This document shows, in pieces, positions 19,501 through 27,469 of a stretch of DNA of 64,000 nt. A program made the position numbers and the translations under genes. Origin of the DNA: Actinomycetota bacterium (lineage in GTDB: Bacteria; Actinomycetota; Acidimicrobiia; Acidimicrobiales; Poriferisodalaceae); assembly GCA_014238065.1 (NCBI GenBank), contig JABABU010000009.1, forward strand, positions 25,581-89,580, read 5' to 3'. Every line of letters starts with the position of its first letter. Position 1 is the stretch's first letter. The notes under the pieces were generated by a model, which worked only from the letters and a program-made list of their open reading frames with translations, had not been told where the DNA came from and ran no database searches.

Positions 19501-20509
19501 CGACATCGCTCCAACGGTGTACGTCGGCCAGGGACGAATGTTGGTGACCCAGCAACTCGAGCTGCTGGCCCTGTACCGAGCGGAGCCAGTCGTCGATCGG
19601 CACCTCGCTGTCCGCATCGATCCGCATGGGAAGTGTGCTGAGGAACATACCGATCATGTCCTCGACACCGTCGAGTTCAGCCGGCCGACCAGCCATCGTC
19701 ACACCGAACACGACATCGGATTCCCCGCTGTAGCGGCCGAGAACGACCGCCCATGCCGCCTGGACCAATGTGTTGACCGTCACCCGGGACCTGCGCGCGA
19801 ACTCGACGATCTTGGCTGTCTCGGAGCGAGACAGGTCGATCTCGAGGCGTCCGAGTTCGAAGTCTGCTGTCTGGTCGGCAGTGCCGAATCGAAGTGATGT
19901 CGGTGACTCGAACCCGGCGAGGCGATCTCGCCAGAAACGCTCCGTTTGGACATGGTCATGGCCGAGGAGCCACTCGACGTGTCGCTTGAACGGTGGTGGT
20001 TCGTGACGCTCGACGTCTGGCCGCGAGTAGGAGTCCATGGCCTCGTCGAAGATCCTCACCACCGACCAACCGTCGAGCGCGATGTGGTGGAAGTTCCAGA
20101 CGAAATGCCATGTAGATTCGTCGACTCTGACCAGCACGAAGCTCGACGTGGGAGCCTTCGACAGGTTGATTCCCTTGCGCCTCTCTGCGTCACAGATCGC
20201 CTGAAGTTCCGCATCCACGTCTTCGACATCTATCGAGCGCAGATCGACCTCGATCCATGGGAGTTCGACCTGCGAGCGGACGACCTGCAGTGGTTCGTCG
20301 AGGCCCTGCCAGACGAACACCGTGCGAAGAGCAGCGTGACGCGCGAACGTTCGATCCCACGACGTCTTGAACGCAGCGATGTCGAGATCACCTTCAAGGT
20401 CGGCCCTCACCTGCTCGAAGTACAGCGCAGGATCGTCGCTACGAAGGGTGTGGTAGAGAATGCCGGCCTGCGAAGGGGTCAGCGGATATATGTCGTCTAC
20501 GTTGTCCAT
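16553..20509 (-). CDS. Non-ribosomal peptide synthetase, domain order C-A-T-TE (terminal module)
   Basis: N-terminus MDNVDDIYPLTPSQAGILYH, start taken at ATG 20509 (the ORF track allows up to 20617). HHIALDGWS; FTSGSTGRPKG ... YGMSEATLD ... YRTGD ... PSGKLD; GGHSL; TE with HGAGGN and GYSAGG. The 3' end overlaps NRPS-1 by 24 nt. Confidence 0.93.
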   Translation of the reverse strand: MDNVDDIYPLTPSQAGILYHTLRSDDPALYFEQVRADLEGDLDIAAFKTSWDRTFARHAALRTVFVWQGLDEPLQVVRSQVELPWIEVDLRSIDVEDVDAELQAICDAERRKGINLSKAPTSSFVLVRVDESTWHFVWNFHHIALDGWSVVRIFDEAMDSYSRPDVERHEPPPFKRHVEWLLGHDHVQTERFWRDRLAGFESPTSLRFGTADQTADFELGRLEIDLSRSETAKIVEFARRSRVTVNTLVQAAWAVVLGRYSGESDVVFGVTMAGRPAELDGVEDMIGMFLSTLPMRIDADSEVPIDDWLRSVQGQQLELLGHQHSSLADVHRWSDVAPGTELFESILVFENYPMSRRSGETSLKVTRGDVFEQSHYPITVMVRPGEPLGFTVLFDNARFASEQMAQLMGHLGTALVDLATNGPASAACVEVMTEGEVATIVDRWNETDRDHQLDRTLDELFADVVRDAPHATALISGDQSMTFSELDNRSSALAWLLVERGVGPETPVGVSIHRSFDMVVAVLAVVKAGGAYVPLDPTHPRDRIALIAQDSAMPMVLANTASAEQLDEDRFEAMAVDVLKLDEIELSGRAGAPPTPDIGPESTVLIPFTSGSTGRPKGVRSHHRGVINRVLWQAGDYPVGDDEVLCQKTTLSFVDHLWELWGALLLGRPQVLVPEDVLIDSNRFIDLLARHRIRRVVLVPSYIRVLLDTHPDLASRLPDLVYWTFSGERTSRELADRFRTQMPHAVLLNFYGMSEATLDVAHYDDRWEVECESVPIGRPIDNCKVFVLDSLRRPVPVGVVGEIHVSGTVLAHGYWRRDDLTLEAFFEASVAGRELTGLYRTGDLGRWLPGGQLECLGRNDHQVKVRGVRVELGEIETAIRDDPSVSEVVVVLEGAEGRERLIAYVTAVGGESVEPWQVIDRCTARLSSQMTPTAVVVLDEFPRTPSGKLDRRSLPAADVVPRETETRSNLLPHETEMLALWRMVIGDHVGIDDDFFDVGGHSLLALKLIARIKKAFDRDVQLATLFERPTAAALARLVNSPEGEAMSWHHLVDVNRTSPDLPTIFCVHGAGGNVMNMRAMGVELEGSWNLVGIQAAGVDGVADVHTTIDEYCDAYLAEVTRRQPKGPYVLAGYSAGGVIAHEMAYRLEASGADVLAVLLLDTTHPSLIRSRAPTMRRLVRLGSGGVATLRSRWNERAVRRRRMKLYSSATSDASPESMPIKLREVHLRESLIAAVHGHVTAPFSGRVLLFTAEHIDWAYERHGPTRGWASTPAGLTVQVVPGRHADLLLGANASRLVECMLGELDPLLRGTSRVEALQ
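16556..17340 (-). other. NRPS-2 thioesterase (TE) release domain
   Basis: IFCVHGAGGN oxyanion region and nucleophile elbow GYSAGG (Ser near 17108-17110). Alpha/beta-hydrolase length. Confidence 0.8.
17395..17600 (-). other. NRPS-2 thiolation domain T3
   Basis: DDDFFDVGGHSLLALKL; Ser codon complementary to 17504-17506. Confidence 0.85.
17660..19160 (-). other. NRPS-2 adenylation domain A3 with shifted pocket Asp (by-eye code V-D-W-V-T-S-F-L-D-K)
   Basis: LSFVDHLWE replaces the canonical FDxS(V)WE motif (V-D codons at 18545-18550). Also VLVPSY, TFSGER, NFYGMSEATLD. Confidence 0.7.
19200..20509 (-). other. NRPS-2 condensation domain C3 (sequence pattern of a D-donor-accepting, DCL-type C domain)
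   Basis: YPLTPSQAGILYH opening motif and HHIALDGWS. It follows an E domain in the assembly order. Borders are approximate. Confidence 0.7.
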
Positions 20510-20609
20510 GTCAGTGGCGCACGCCCTGACAGGGTCTCTGCCCGCAGACGTACACGACCTCAATCGGCCGAAAAGTGCGCTTTTGTGACCAATTCGCATC
20601 ATCTCTGAC
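20510..20609. promoter_or_regulatory. Divergent promoter region between NRPS-2 and the PPTase gene, with a near-palindrome
   Basis: 100-bp gap if NRPS-2 starts at 20509. Contains AAAAGTGCGCTTTT (20571-20584), a 14-bp near-perfect palindrome. Confidence 0.35.
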
Positions 20610-21404
20610 ATGACCAACGCCCTCGAAGAGCCGACGCCTCAACGACCACGCCGAAGTCAGGCGATCGAGGCGCTGATCGCCGACAGTTCGCGGCGCTCAC
20701 ATGAACCACAGGTGCCAGGCGGACCAGGCAGCCTCTCGGCTTTCGAGGTGTTGGGGCAGGTGGATCACTCGCTACTGCACTCCATCGTCAACTTCGATGC
20801 GGAGACCGACTTGATCGCCACAGCCTCTTCACTGCGGCGCAGACACTTCCTCGCCGGACGGTCGTGCGCCCATGCTGCGTTGAGTGCGCTCGGGGTACAT
20901 CACGAGGGCATCGGCCGCCACGACAGCAGAGCACCCCTGTGGCCATCGGGAGTGATCGGCGCCATCACGCACACCGAGGGTTACGTTGCGGCTGCGATCG
21001 CTCTCGACCCTGCTGCCGAGTTCGGAATCGGGATTGACGCCGAACAGGTGGGTCGAGTCGACGAAGGGGTCGCTCGACGCGTCATGAACGAAGCGGAACG
21101 AGACGCGGTGGCCGGTCAGGCCGACGAGGACGTTGCAGCAACAGCGCTGTTCTGCGCGAAGGAGTCGTTCTACAAGGCTCAGTGGCCGCACACCAAGGCG
21201 TGGGTCGGCTTCGAGGACGTGACGGTCTCGTTCGAAGGCGACGGCACCATCACCACGACATCGGCCGGCCCCGCCGGGACCCTCGTGCTTCGTCCGGCCA
21301 CCGAACGTCCGGCGCTCAACGACTTCGTGTGGCCGATCGTGGCGAACTACTTCGTCGCAGGGCAGGTCACAGTGGCCGGGCTCGTCGCGTCACACCGTCG
21401 CTGA
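20610..21404 (+). CDS. 4'-phosphopantetheinyl transferase, EntD/Sfp-type
   Basis: FLAGRSCAHAAL, WPSGVIGAITHTEGY, GIGIDAE and FCAKESFYKAQW motifs. Confidence 0.88.
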   Translation: MTNALEEPTPQRPRRSQAIEALIADSSRRSHEPQVPGGPGSLSAFEVLGQVDHSLLHSIVNFDAETDLIATASSLRRRHFLAGRSCAHAALSALGVHHEGIGRHDSRAPLWPSGVIGAITHTEGYVAAAIALDPAAEFGIGIDAEQVGRVDEGVARRVMNEAERDAVAGQADEDVAATALFCAKESFYKAQWPHTKAWVGFEDVTVSFEGDGTITTTSAGPAGTLVLRPATERPALNDFVWPIVANYFVAGQVTVAGLVASHRR

Positions 21405-22628
21405 CGCCGTCTCCTCGCCTCGGCGATCCAGCAACGCAAAGCAGACCGTCGCCCCCAGCGCCACGGCACCCATGATGACGATCGTAGGTCGGAGGCCGAT
21501 CCATTCCGCCGTCACCCCCAGTGGCAGCGCCACGATTCCGAACCCGGCGAACGACAGCTGCATCAGCGACTGAACCCTGCCGTGGTGGCTTGCATCGCTG
21601 GAGGTGATGACAATGCTGTTCGCAAGGGTCTGAAACCCCGTTGCGCCAGCACCGATGAAGACCGTAATGAGGAACGCGACCGCGTAGGTCGGAGCGACAC
21701 TCAGCAGCATCACCGTTGCCCCAAACGCAATCCCGAGGCCGACGGCGTACAGCCTGACCCTCGAGGAGTTGGCTCTCGCCGCCACCGGAATCGAGATCAT
21801 CACCGCGCCCAAGGAACTGGCGGTGCTCATCAATCCGACTGCGCCATCGCCGAGACCGAAGTCGCCCTCGACGAGGGCAGGCATGAACGCTATGTAGTTG
21901 AACCCGAACATGATCACGATCGTCGACGAGACGACGACCCGACGCAGCGGCGGCCTCGACGCTACGTAGGAGAATCCGTCGATGATGTCCGCCATGGGGC
22001 TCGCGGTGGACCGGGAAACGGCCTCGATCTCAGGCAGGCGCCACGTCAACACCAGGCTCCAGGTCGAAAAGACACCAGCGACGACGTACGCGCCACCGAT
22101 CCCTGCGAACGCGACGCCGGCGAGGAGACCAGCCAGCGACGGAGCGAAGATCCGTGTCGTGCTCATCGACATCATCGACAACGAGATTGCGTTGCCGAGG
22201 AGTTCCGGGCCGACGAGGTCGTTCGCCATCGAGGTCCTCGCAGGACCGGTGAGACCGAACATCGAGGCCTGAACCGCTCCGGCCACCAGCAGCATCCAGA
22301 ATTCGGCAACATCGGTGAGCACTACCACTCCCATGCCGAAGGAAACGCATACGAGCAACGCCTGGCCGATGATCAGGAGCCGACGCTTGCTCAAGCGGTC
22401 TGCGGCCACACCGCCGAACGGCGTCAACAGCAGCATGGTGACACCGAACACGACGAAGACGAGGCCGAGTGCGCTCTCGCGGTGCGTCAGTTCCCATGCC
22501 AGCAGCCCTCGCAGCAGGAACTGCATCTGAACACCCATGAACGAGAACACACCGCTCCACCAGAGCAGGCGATATTCCGGCACGCGCAGCGACTCAAACG
22601 CTTCGACACCGCGTGAACGCCTCGACAT
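21390..22628 (-). CDS. MFS transporter, EntS-like (MFS_3) putative product exporter
   Basis: 412 aa, about 12 TM segments. N-terminal pattern LRVPEYRLLWWSGVFSFMGVQMQFLLRGLLAWELT. Its 3' end overlaps the PPTase 3' end by 15 nt. Confidence 0.85.
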   Translation of the reverse strand: MSRRSRGVEAFESLRVPEYRLLWWSGVFSFMGVQMQFLLRGLLAWELTHRESALGLVFVVFGVTMLLLTPFGGVAADRLSKRRLLIIGQALLVCVSFGMGVVVLTDVAEFWMLLVAGAVQASMFGLTGPARTSMANDLVGPELLGNAISLSMMSMSTTRIFAPSLAGLLAGVAFAGIGGAYVVAGVFSTWSLVLTWRLPEIEAVSRSTASPMADIIDGFSYVASRPPLRRVVVSSTIVIMFGFNYIAFMPALVEGDFGLGDGAVGLMSTASSLGAVMISIPVAARANSSRVRLYAVGLGIAFGATVMLLSVAPTYAVAFLITVFIGAGATGFQTLANSIVITSSDASHHGRVQSLMQLSFAGFGIVALPLGVTAEWIGLRPTIVIMGAVALGATVCFALLDRRGEETASATV

Positions 22629-22714
22629 GTCGTCGTCACACTACTTGGCTGTTTCGGCTCAGCCGCGCCCTACGATGTCGCCGTGCACGGCGAGAACCGA
22701 TAGTCGACTCGACT

Positions 22715-23434
22715 GTGTCCATCTATCTCTTCGGTCTGATATGTGTCTTCGTGGCTGTGTCCTGCATGACTCAGGCCGCGATCGGCTTCGGAGGGAATCT
22801 CATCGCCATGCCGCTGGTGGCGCTCGTCGAACCCGACCTCGTGCCAGCTGCTGTCTTGATCGCGGTCACCGCGCAGAACAGCCTGATGATGGCCCGCGAC
22901 CGCGATGCGATTCAGGTGCGGTCCGTTGCCAGCGCCCTTGCGGGTCGGGCCCTCGGCACCGTGATGGCGATCGTCGTGCTGCGACACATCAGCGATGACG
23001 GTCTGCAGGCGGCGGTGGCGGTGACGGTTCTGATCCTCGTCGTGCTCACTGCGGCTGGTCGAGCGCCCCGACGAACCACTTCGACGATGGTCGGAGCGGG
23101 AACGGTCTCGGGCTTCTTCGCTGCCACTGCCGGCATCGGCGGGCCGCCAGTCGCGCTCATGTTCCACGATGATTCAGGGCCGAACGTCAGAGGTTCGATG
23201 GGCGGCTTTTTCGTCGTCGGGACCACCATCACCCTCGTCGGGCTCGCTGTCGCCGGTCGGCTCGGCGCCCACGAACTTCGATGGGGTCTCGCTCTCGCAC
23301 CCGCAGCCGTCGTCGGGTTCTTCCTGAGCGGCCCGCTCCTACCGGTCGTCGACCGCGGGTACATGCGTCCCGCGATCCTCGTCGTGTCGTCTGCGGCAGC
23401 CATCGGCATCGTGATCCGGCTGTTCGTCGGCTGA
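22715..23434 (+). CDS. TauE/SafE (TSUP) family membrane transporter
   Basis: Hydrophobic throughout, with AAIGFGGNLIAMPL and ATAGIGGPPVALMF repeats. Start placed at GTG 22715; the ORF-track start at 22613 would overlap the divergent MFS start. Confidence 0.65.
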   Translation: MSIYLFGLICVFVAVSCMTQAAIGFGGNLIAMPLVALVEPDLVPAAVLIAVTAQNSLMMARDRDAIQVRSVASALAGRALGTVMAIVVLRHISDDGLQAAVAVTVLILVVLTAAGRAPRRTTSTMVGAGTVSGFFAATAGIGGPPVALMFHDDSGPNVRGSMGGFFVVGTTITLVGLAVAGRLGAHELRWGLALAPAAVVGFFLSGPLLPVVDRGYMRPAILVVSSAAAIGIVIRLFVG

Positions 23435-23450
23435 CTTTCTCGACAAGAAC

Positions 23451-23475
23451 AGGTGACCTGAGGTCGTCACCTCAG
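23451..23475. terminator. Candidate bidirectional hairpin between convergent genes
   Basis: AGGTGAC...GTCACCT and the overlapping CTGAGGT-CGTC-ACCTCAG stems, in the 67-bp gap between the TauE-like stop and the META-lipoprotein stop. No clear U-tract. Confidence 0.35.
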
Positions 23476-23501
23476 ATGTCCCTACGGCCCACTCCGATCG
23501 T

Positions 23502-24359
23502 TCACGAAGCCGTTGGACCTGCCGCTTCGAGAGCGGTGAACGTGACACCGTTCCCGTCGACGGCCACGATGGTCATTCTGGTCCCTTCGACGAAGACAGA
23601 GGCTCGCCCGGCGGCAAGCAGTGCGTTGAATGCATCGGCGTACTCGGCATTGTCGGCGCAGACCTCGGACGAATACTCGGGCAACCTTTCACCGAACTGC
23701 ACCTCACCGTCGCCATCGACCGGGCCACCGATGCTTCCGTCGCTGTATTCCGCAGGCAGCGCGAACTCCGAGCAACCGTCGTGACCGTTCAGAGTCGACT
23801 CGTCGACGAACTCGACCCAGCCAGCCGGCTCGAAGGCCATGGACCACGCGGCTTCTCCTGTGATGAAACCGGTCACTGTCCATCGGGAACCGACCACCGC
23901 ACGATCCGGATCGGCGACGGTTCCGTCGAGGAACTCCACCTCGAAACCTGGCCCTCCTGAGCCCCCATCGGACGACAGAACAATGGTGTCGCCATCGACA
24001 GTGACACGAGGGCGTGATGTCAACGCGCTCACCACGAACTCGTCTTGGGCGTGACGAGGTGCATCACATCCGATCTCGGTCATCGCAAGTTCATCGACGA
24101 TCAGCCGCCCCTCGGCGTCGATCGTGTAGCCGGCGCCGACACCGTTGCAACCCGCCGATACCGAAACCGATCCTTCGAGGAACGTGATCTGGATCCTTGT
24201 GCCATCGACCAGATCTCTGATCACGCCGTCGACGGTGACTCGACTCGACCAGAACGTCCGGCCGGTGAGGTCCTCATCACCGTTGGGAACACTCGTGCCT
24301 TCACCACACGAACTGGCGATGAAGGGGAAGGCAAGGAAGAGAAGGGAAAAGTGTTTCAT
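23502..24359 (-). CDS. Lipoprotein with tandem META (HslJ-like) domains
   Basis: Start at ATG 24359 gives MKHFSLLFLAFPFIASSCGE (lipobox ASSC). Two units of the META-like pattern: W.. / GCNG.GAGY / GCSEF. Confidence 0.7.
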   Translation of the reverse strand: MKHFSLLFLAFPFIASSCGEGTSVPNGDEDLTGRTFWSSRVTVDGVIRDLVDGTRIQITFLEGSVSVSAGCNGVGAGYTIDAEGRLIVDELAMTEIGCDAPRHAQDEFVVSALTSRPRVTVDGDTIVLSSDGGSGGPGFEVEFLDGTVADPDRAVVGSRWTVTGFITGEAAWSMAFEPAGWVEFVDESTLNGHDGCSEFALPAEYSDGSIGGPVDGDGEVQFGERLPEYSSEVCADNAEYADAFNALLAAGRASVFVEGTRMTIVAVDGNGVTFTALEAAGPTAS

Positions 24360-24450
24360 GTCAATTGGACGTGTCGACGCCATGCCGTGGTTCCCGCACC
24401 ACCCGAGTAGAGCACGGCGACCGACTTGGCAACGAGATAGCGTCTCGCAG

Positions 24451-25800
24451 ATGACTGACACTCTCGACACACTCACCTCGGAGACGACGGAACTGCTCCA
24501 GGCGCTCATCCGCAACCAGTGCGTGAACGACGGGACCGTTGAGTCCGGCCAAGAGGATCGCAGCGCGAAGCTGTTGCGGGACGGACTCGAGGGGGTCGGC
24601 GCCGATCTCGAGATCTTCGAACCAGAGCCGGGAAGGACCTCCCTGATCGCCCGTTACGAAGGCACTGACCCCGAGGCACCATCGATCTGTCTGATGGGCC
24701 ACACCGACGTCGTCCCCGTATCACCAGAGGGCTGGTCCAGGGATCCGTTCGGAGGGGAGCTCGTCGACGGCGAGGTGTGGGGCCGCGGTGCGGTCGACAT
24801 GTTGAACCTCACCTCTTCGATGGCCGTTGCGTTTCGTCACATCGTGAAATCAAAGAAGCGCTATCCCGGCGACATCATCTACTTCGCCGTCGCTGACGAA
24901 GAGGCAGGCGGAAAGCTCGGGGCAGAACACCTCATCGACACCGAATGGGACCACATCGGGTGCGACTACCTGCTCACCGAGTACGGCGGGACGCCCGTGC
25001 AGCGCGACGATGGCCTCGTCGTCATGATGACAACCACGGAGAAAGGCGGAGCCGGACGCACCCTCCACATCCCTGGCGAACCCGGCCACGGCTCGATGCC
25101 ATACGGCACCGACAACGCGCTCGTGACGGCCGCCCAGATCGTCACCCGCCTCGTCGACTACGACCCGGGCCTGCGTCTCGATCGGATGTTCAGCGACAGG
25201 GTCAAAGCTCTGAACTTTCCCAAGGAACTCGAGCAGCGCCTGCTCGATCCAGTGGCTCACGCGGAAGCCATCGACGAGTTGCCTCCTGCAATGGCCAGGA
25301 ACCTTCACTCGTGTGGCCACGTGAGCATCAGCCCGAACATCATCAACGGTGGCGAGAAGATCAACACCATCCCCGACAGCGTCACGCTCCAACTCGACAT
25401 CAGAATCCTGCCGGGCGACACGCAGGACGACGTCGAATCGCACCTCAGAGCCGCCATCGGCGACGACCTGTTCAACCGGGTCGAGATCGAGCGAACCCAC
25501 GAGAGCGAGGCCAGCCAGTCTTCCATCGACACACCGCTGTGGGGCGCGTTGGTCGATGCGGTGCACATGGCGTACCCAGGGGCGAAGGTTCTTCCTTCGA
25601 TGGTCACAGGGGGCACCGACGCCAGATTCTTCAGGAAGAAAGGTGTGCCCTGTTACGGCGCAGGTCTCCTGAGTCACAAAGTCGGCTTCGAAGAGTTCCT
25701 GAACCGATTCCACGGTCACGACGAGCGCATCGACGTGGAATCGCTGCGCATGACGACTCAGTTGTGGCTCGACATCCTCGATCGCCTATGGGAGCAATAA
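24451..25800 (+). CDS. M20 family metallopeptidase / deacylase (ArgE/DapE/CPG2-like)
   Basis: Start at ATG 24451 (MTDTLDTLTSE...). MGHTDVVPV, FAVADEEAGG and HGHDERI motifs. Confidence 0.88.
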   Translation: MTDTLDTLTSETTELLQALIRNQCVNDGTVESGQEDRSAKLLRDGLEGVGADLEIFEPEPGRTSLIARYEGTDPEAPSICLMGHTDVVPVSPEGWSRDPFGGELVDGEVWGRGAVDMLNLTSSMAVAFRHIVKSKKRYPGDIIYFAVADEEAGGKLGAEHLIDTEWDHIGCDYLLTEYGGTPVQRDDGLVVMMTTTEKGGAGRTLHIPGEPGHGSMPYGTDNALVTAAQIVTRLVDYDPGLRLDRMFSDRVKALNFPKELEQRLLDPVAHAEAIDELPPAMARNLHSCGHVSISPNIINGGEKINTIPDSVTLQLDIRILPGDTQDDVESHLRAAIGDDLFNRVEIERTHESEASQSSIDTPLWGALVDAVHMAYPGAKVLPSMVTGGTDARFFRKKGVPCYGAGLLSHKVGFEEFLNRFHGHDERIDVESLRMTTQLWLDILDRLWEQ

Positions 25801-26084
25801 CCGGGCGTCTCTCGGTTCGTGCACAGTTGCTCTTCGGGACGCCGGCACGAATCCCGATGACCACACCACGTTCTGTGTTGCCGAGATCAAGCTCATGTGC
25901 GATGCACTCACTCCCAAGACGGCAACGAGCCGACAACTGATCGCCGACAGCTTCGGCTGCGCCTCGACGAAGCAAGGGGCGTGCTGTATCCGGAGAGCGA
26001 ATCGTTGATGGCGCCCGTCAGCAGTCCCGCCCGGAGTGACGTGCACGAGATGCGTTCTCCTGCGTGGTGTGCTGTTCTCTGTTG

Positions 26085-27227
26085 ATGGAGATCAACACCG
26101 AAGTCCAGTCGCTCATCGACCTGCAGGTTCATGAAGGCCGCCAGATCGGCGTCCAGGTGGCGGCATATGTCAACGGCGAGAACATAGTCGATGTCGTCGC
26201 AGGCACCCGAGGGCCCGACGACGACCGGCCAGTCGAGCACGACACACTTTTTCTCAGCTTCTCGAGCACCAAGGGCCCGACGGCGCTTCTGGTCCACCAA
26301 CTCGCCGAGCGAGGACAGCTCGACTACGACGCACCAGTCGTCGAGTACTGGCCGGCGTTCGGGCAGAACGGCAAGGAGAGGATCACAGTCGCCCAGGCGA
26401 TGAGCCACCAGAGCGGGCTCCACGCGCTTCCGTCGCCGCTGACGATCGATGACATATGTGACTGGGACGCGTCGATTGCACGTATGGAGACAGGGGTGCC
26501 TGCGTGGGAACCGGCGACGGCGACCGGCTACCACGCCCTCACCTATGGGTGGATCGCAGGTGGCATCTTCCACGGCGTCACAGGTCGCCACATCCAGAAT
26601 GCGTTCCGAACCGAGATCGCAGCGCCGCTCGGGGTCGACAACGACTTCTTCGTCGGCATCCCCGCCGATGGATCGGTCGATCACCGGCTGGCGAATCTCG
26701 CTGTCATGGGTCCACACGAAGCGCTCCCGATGGAACTGCCAGAGGACTCGTTCTTCCTCCAGGCGATGCCGAAAGCGCTGTGGCAACACACGGACGGGAT
26801 GCAGTACCGCCGGGCGTGTCTCCCTGCCGGGAACGGTCACTTCACGGCTGCCGCGCTGGCGAAGATGTACGGCGCTCTGGCCAACGGAGGACAGATCGAG
26901 GGAACTCATCTCGTCGGCGCCGAATACATCACTCAACTGCACCGATTCGTGGTCGGAGGCACCGATCTCGTCCTCGGCGCCGCGCCAAGAAAGGGCATCG
27001 GGTTCTTCCTCGGCGGGCTGGCACCCGATCCGACCGGCAAGCTCGTCCACGGGCCGATGGGGCCAGGTGAGACGGCATTCGGACACAGTGGAGCCGGTGG
27101 ATCCGTCGGTTTCGCCGACCCTGAGCTCGGACTGGGTATGGCCGTGACCCTGAACAAGATGAACTATCCACCTCCCGGCGAAGGTGCGACACTCGAGATA
27201 TGCGACCTCGTGAGATCGCTCTTGTGA
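26085..27227 (+). CDS. Serine hydrolase of the beta-lactamase (class C/EstB-like) family
   Basis: S-x-x-K nucleophile FSSTKG, YHALTYG, and HSGAGG (K/H-T/S-G box). Start taken at ATG 26085. Confidence 0.88.
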   Translation: MEINTEVQSLIDLQVHEGRQIGVQVAAYVNGENIVDVVAGTRGPDDDRPVEHDTLFLSFSSTKGPTALLVHQLAERGQLDYDAPVVEYWPAFGQNGKERITVAQAMSHQSGLHALPSPLTIDDICDWDASIARMETGVPAWEPATATGYHALTYGWIAGGIFHGVTGRHIQNAFRTEIAAPLGVDNDFFVGIPADGSVDHRLANLAVMGPHEALPMELPEDSFFLQAMPKALWQHTDGMQYRRACLPAGNGHFTAAALAKMYGALANGGQIEGTHLVGAEYITQLHRFVVGGTDLVLGAAPRKGIGFFLGGLAPDPTGKLVHGPMGPGETAFGHSGAGGSVGFADPELGLGMAVTLNKMNYPPPGEGATLEICDLVRSLL

Positions 27228-27469
27228 GTTGGTGCTGCCGCTCCGATCGGTAACAGGTATGCAGTTCCTGCCATCAGGCCACAGATGAGTGTGCAGTATC
27301 GCCGGGAGCACATCGCTCCGACGCCACCCCTCTCCTGCTAGATGGGTCACGAAGAGTCGAAGATCGTGATGCTGTCGTATACAGGTCGTAGCCTGCCCCT
27401 CGTCTTTCTTGCTTCACCACGTCAGGCAATCTCCGCAACACGGCGCTGTTTGTCAGGTAATGATGTGAT

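Noticed and set aside
20510-20617. Longer NRPS-2 start at 20617, overlapping the PPTase start
   Set aside because: The extra 36 residues (MVMSEMMRIGHKSALFGRLRSCTSAGRDPVRACATD) are not C-domain-like and would make the 5' ends of divergent genes overlap. MDNVDDIYPLTP at 20509 fits a typical C-domain/COM-acceptor N-terminus. Not excluded.
5993-22628. Calling the NRPS cluster a siderophore cluster
   Set aside because: An EntD-like PPTase and an EntS-like exporter are suggestive. However, there is no hydroxamate/catecholate tailoring gene, no siderophore-binding/uptake gene, and no IdeR/Fur-type box that I could see.
25908-27350. 480-aa ORF antisense to the beta-lactamase-family gene
   Set aside because: No recognisable motifs and an Arg-rich composition. 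The plus-strand frame has the SxxK/HxG serine-hydrolase motifs.
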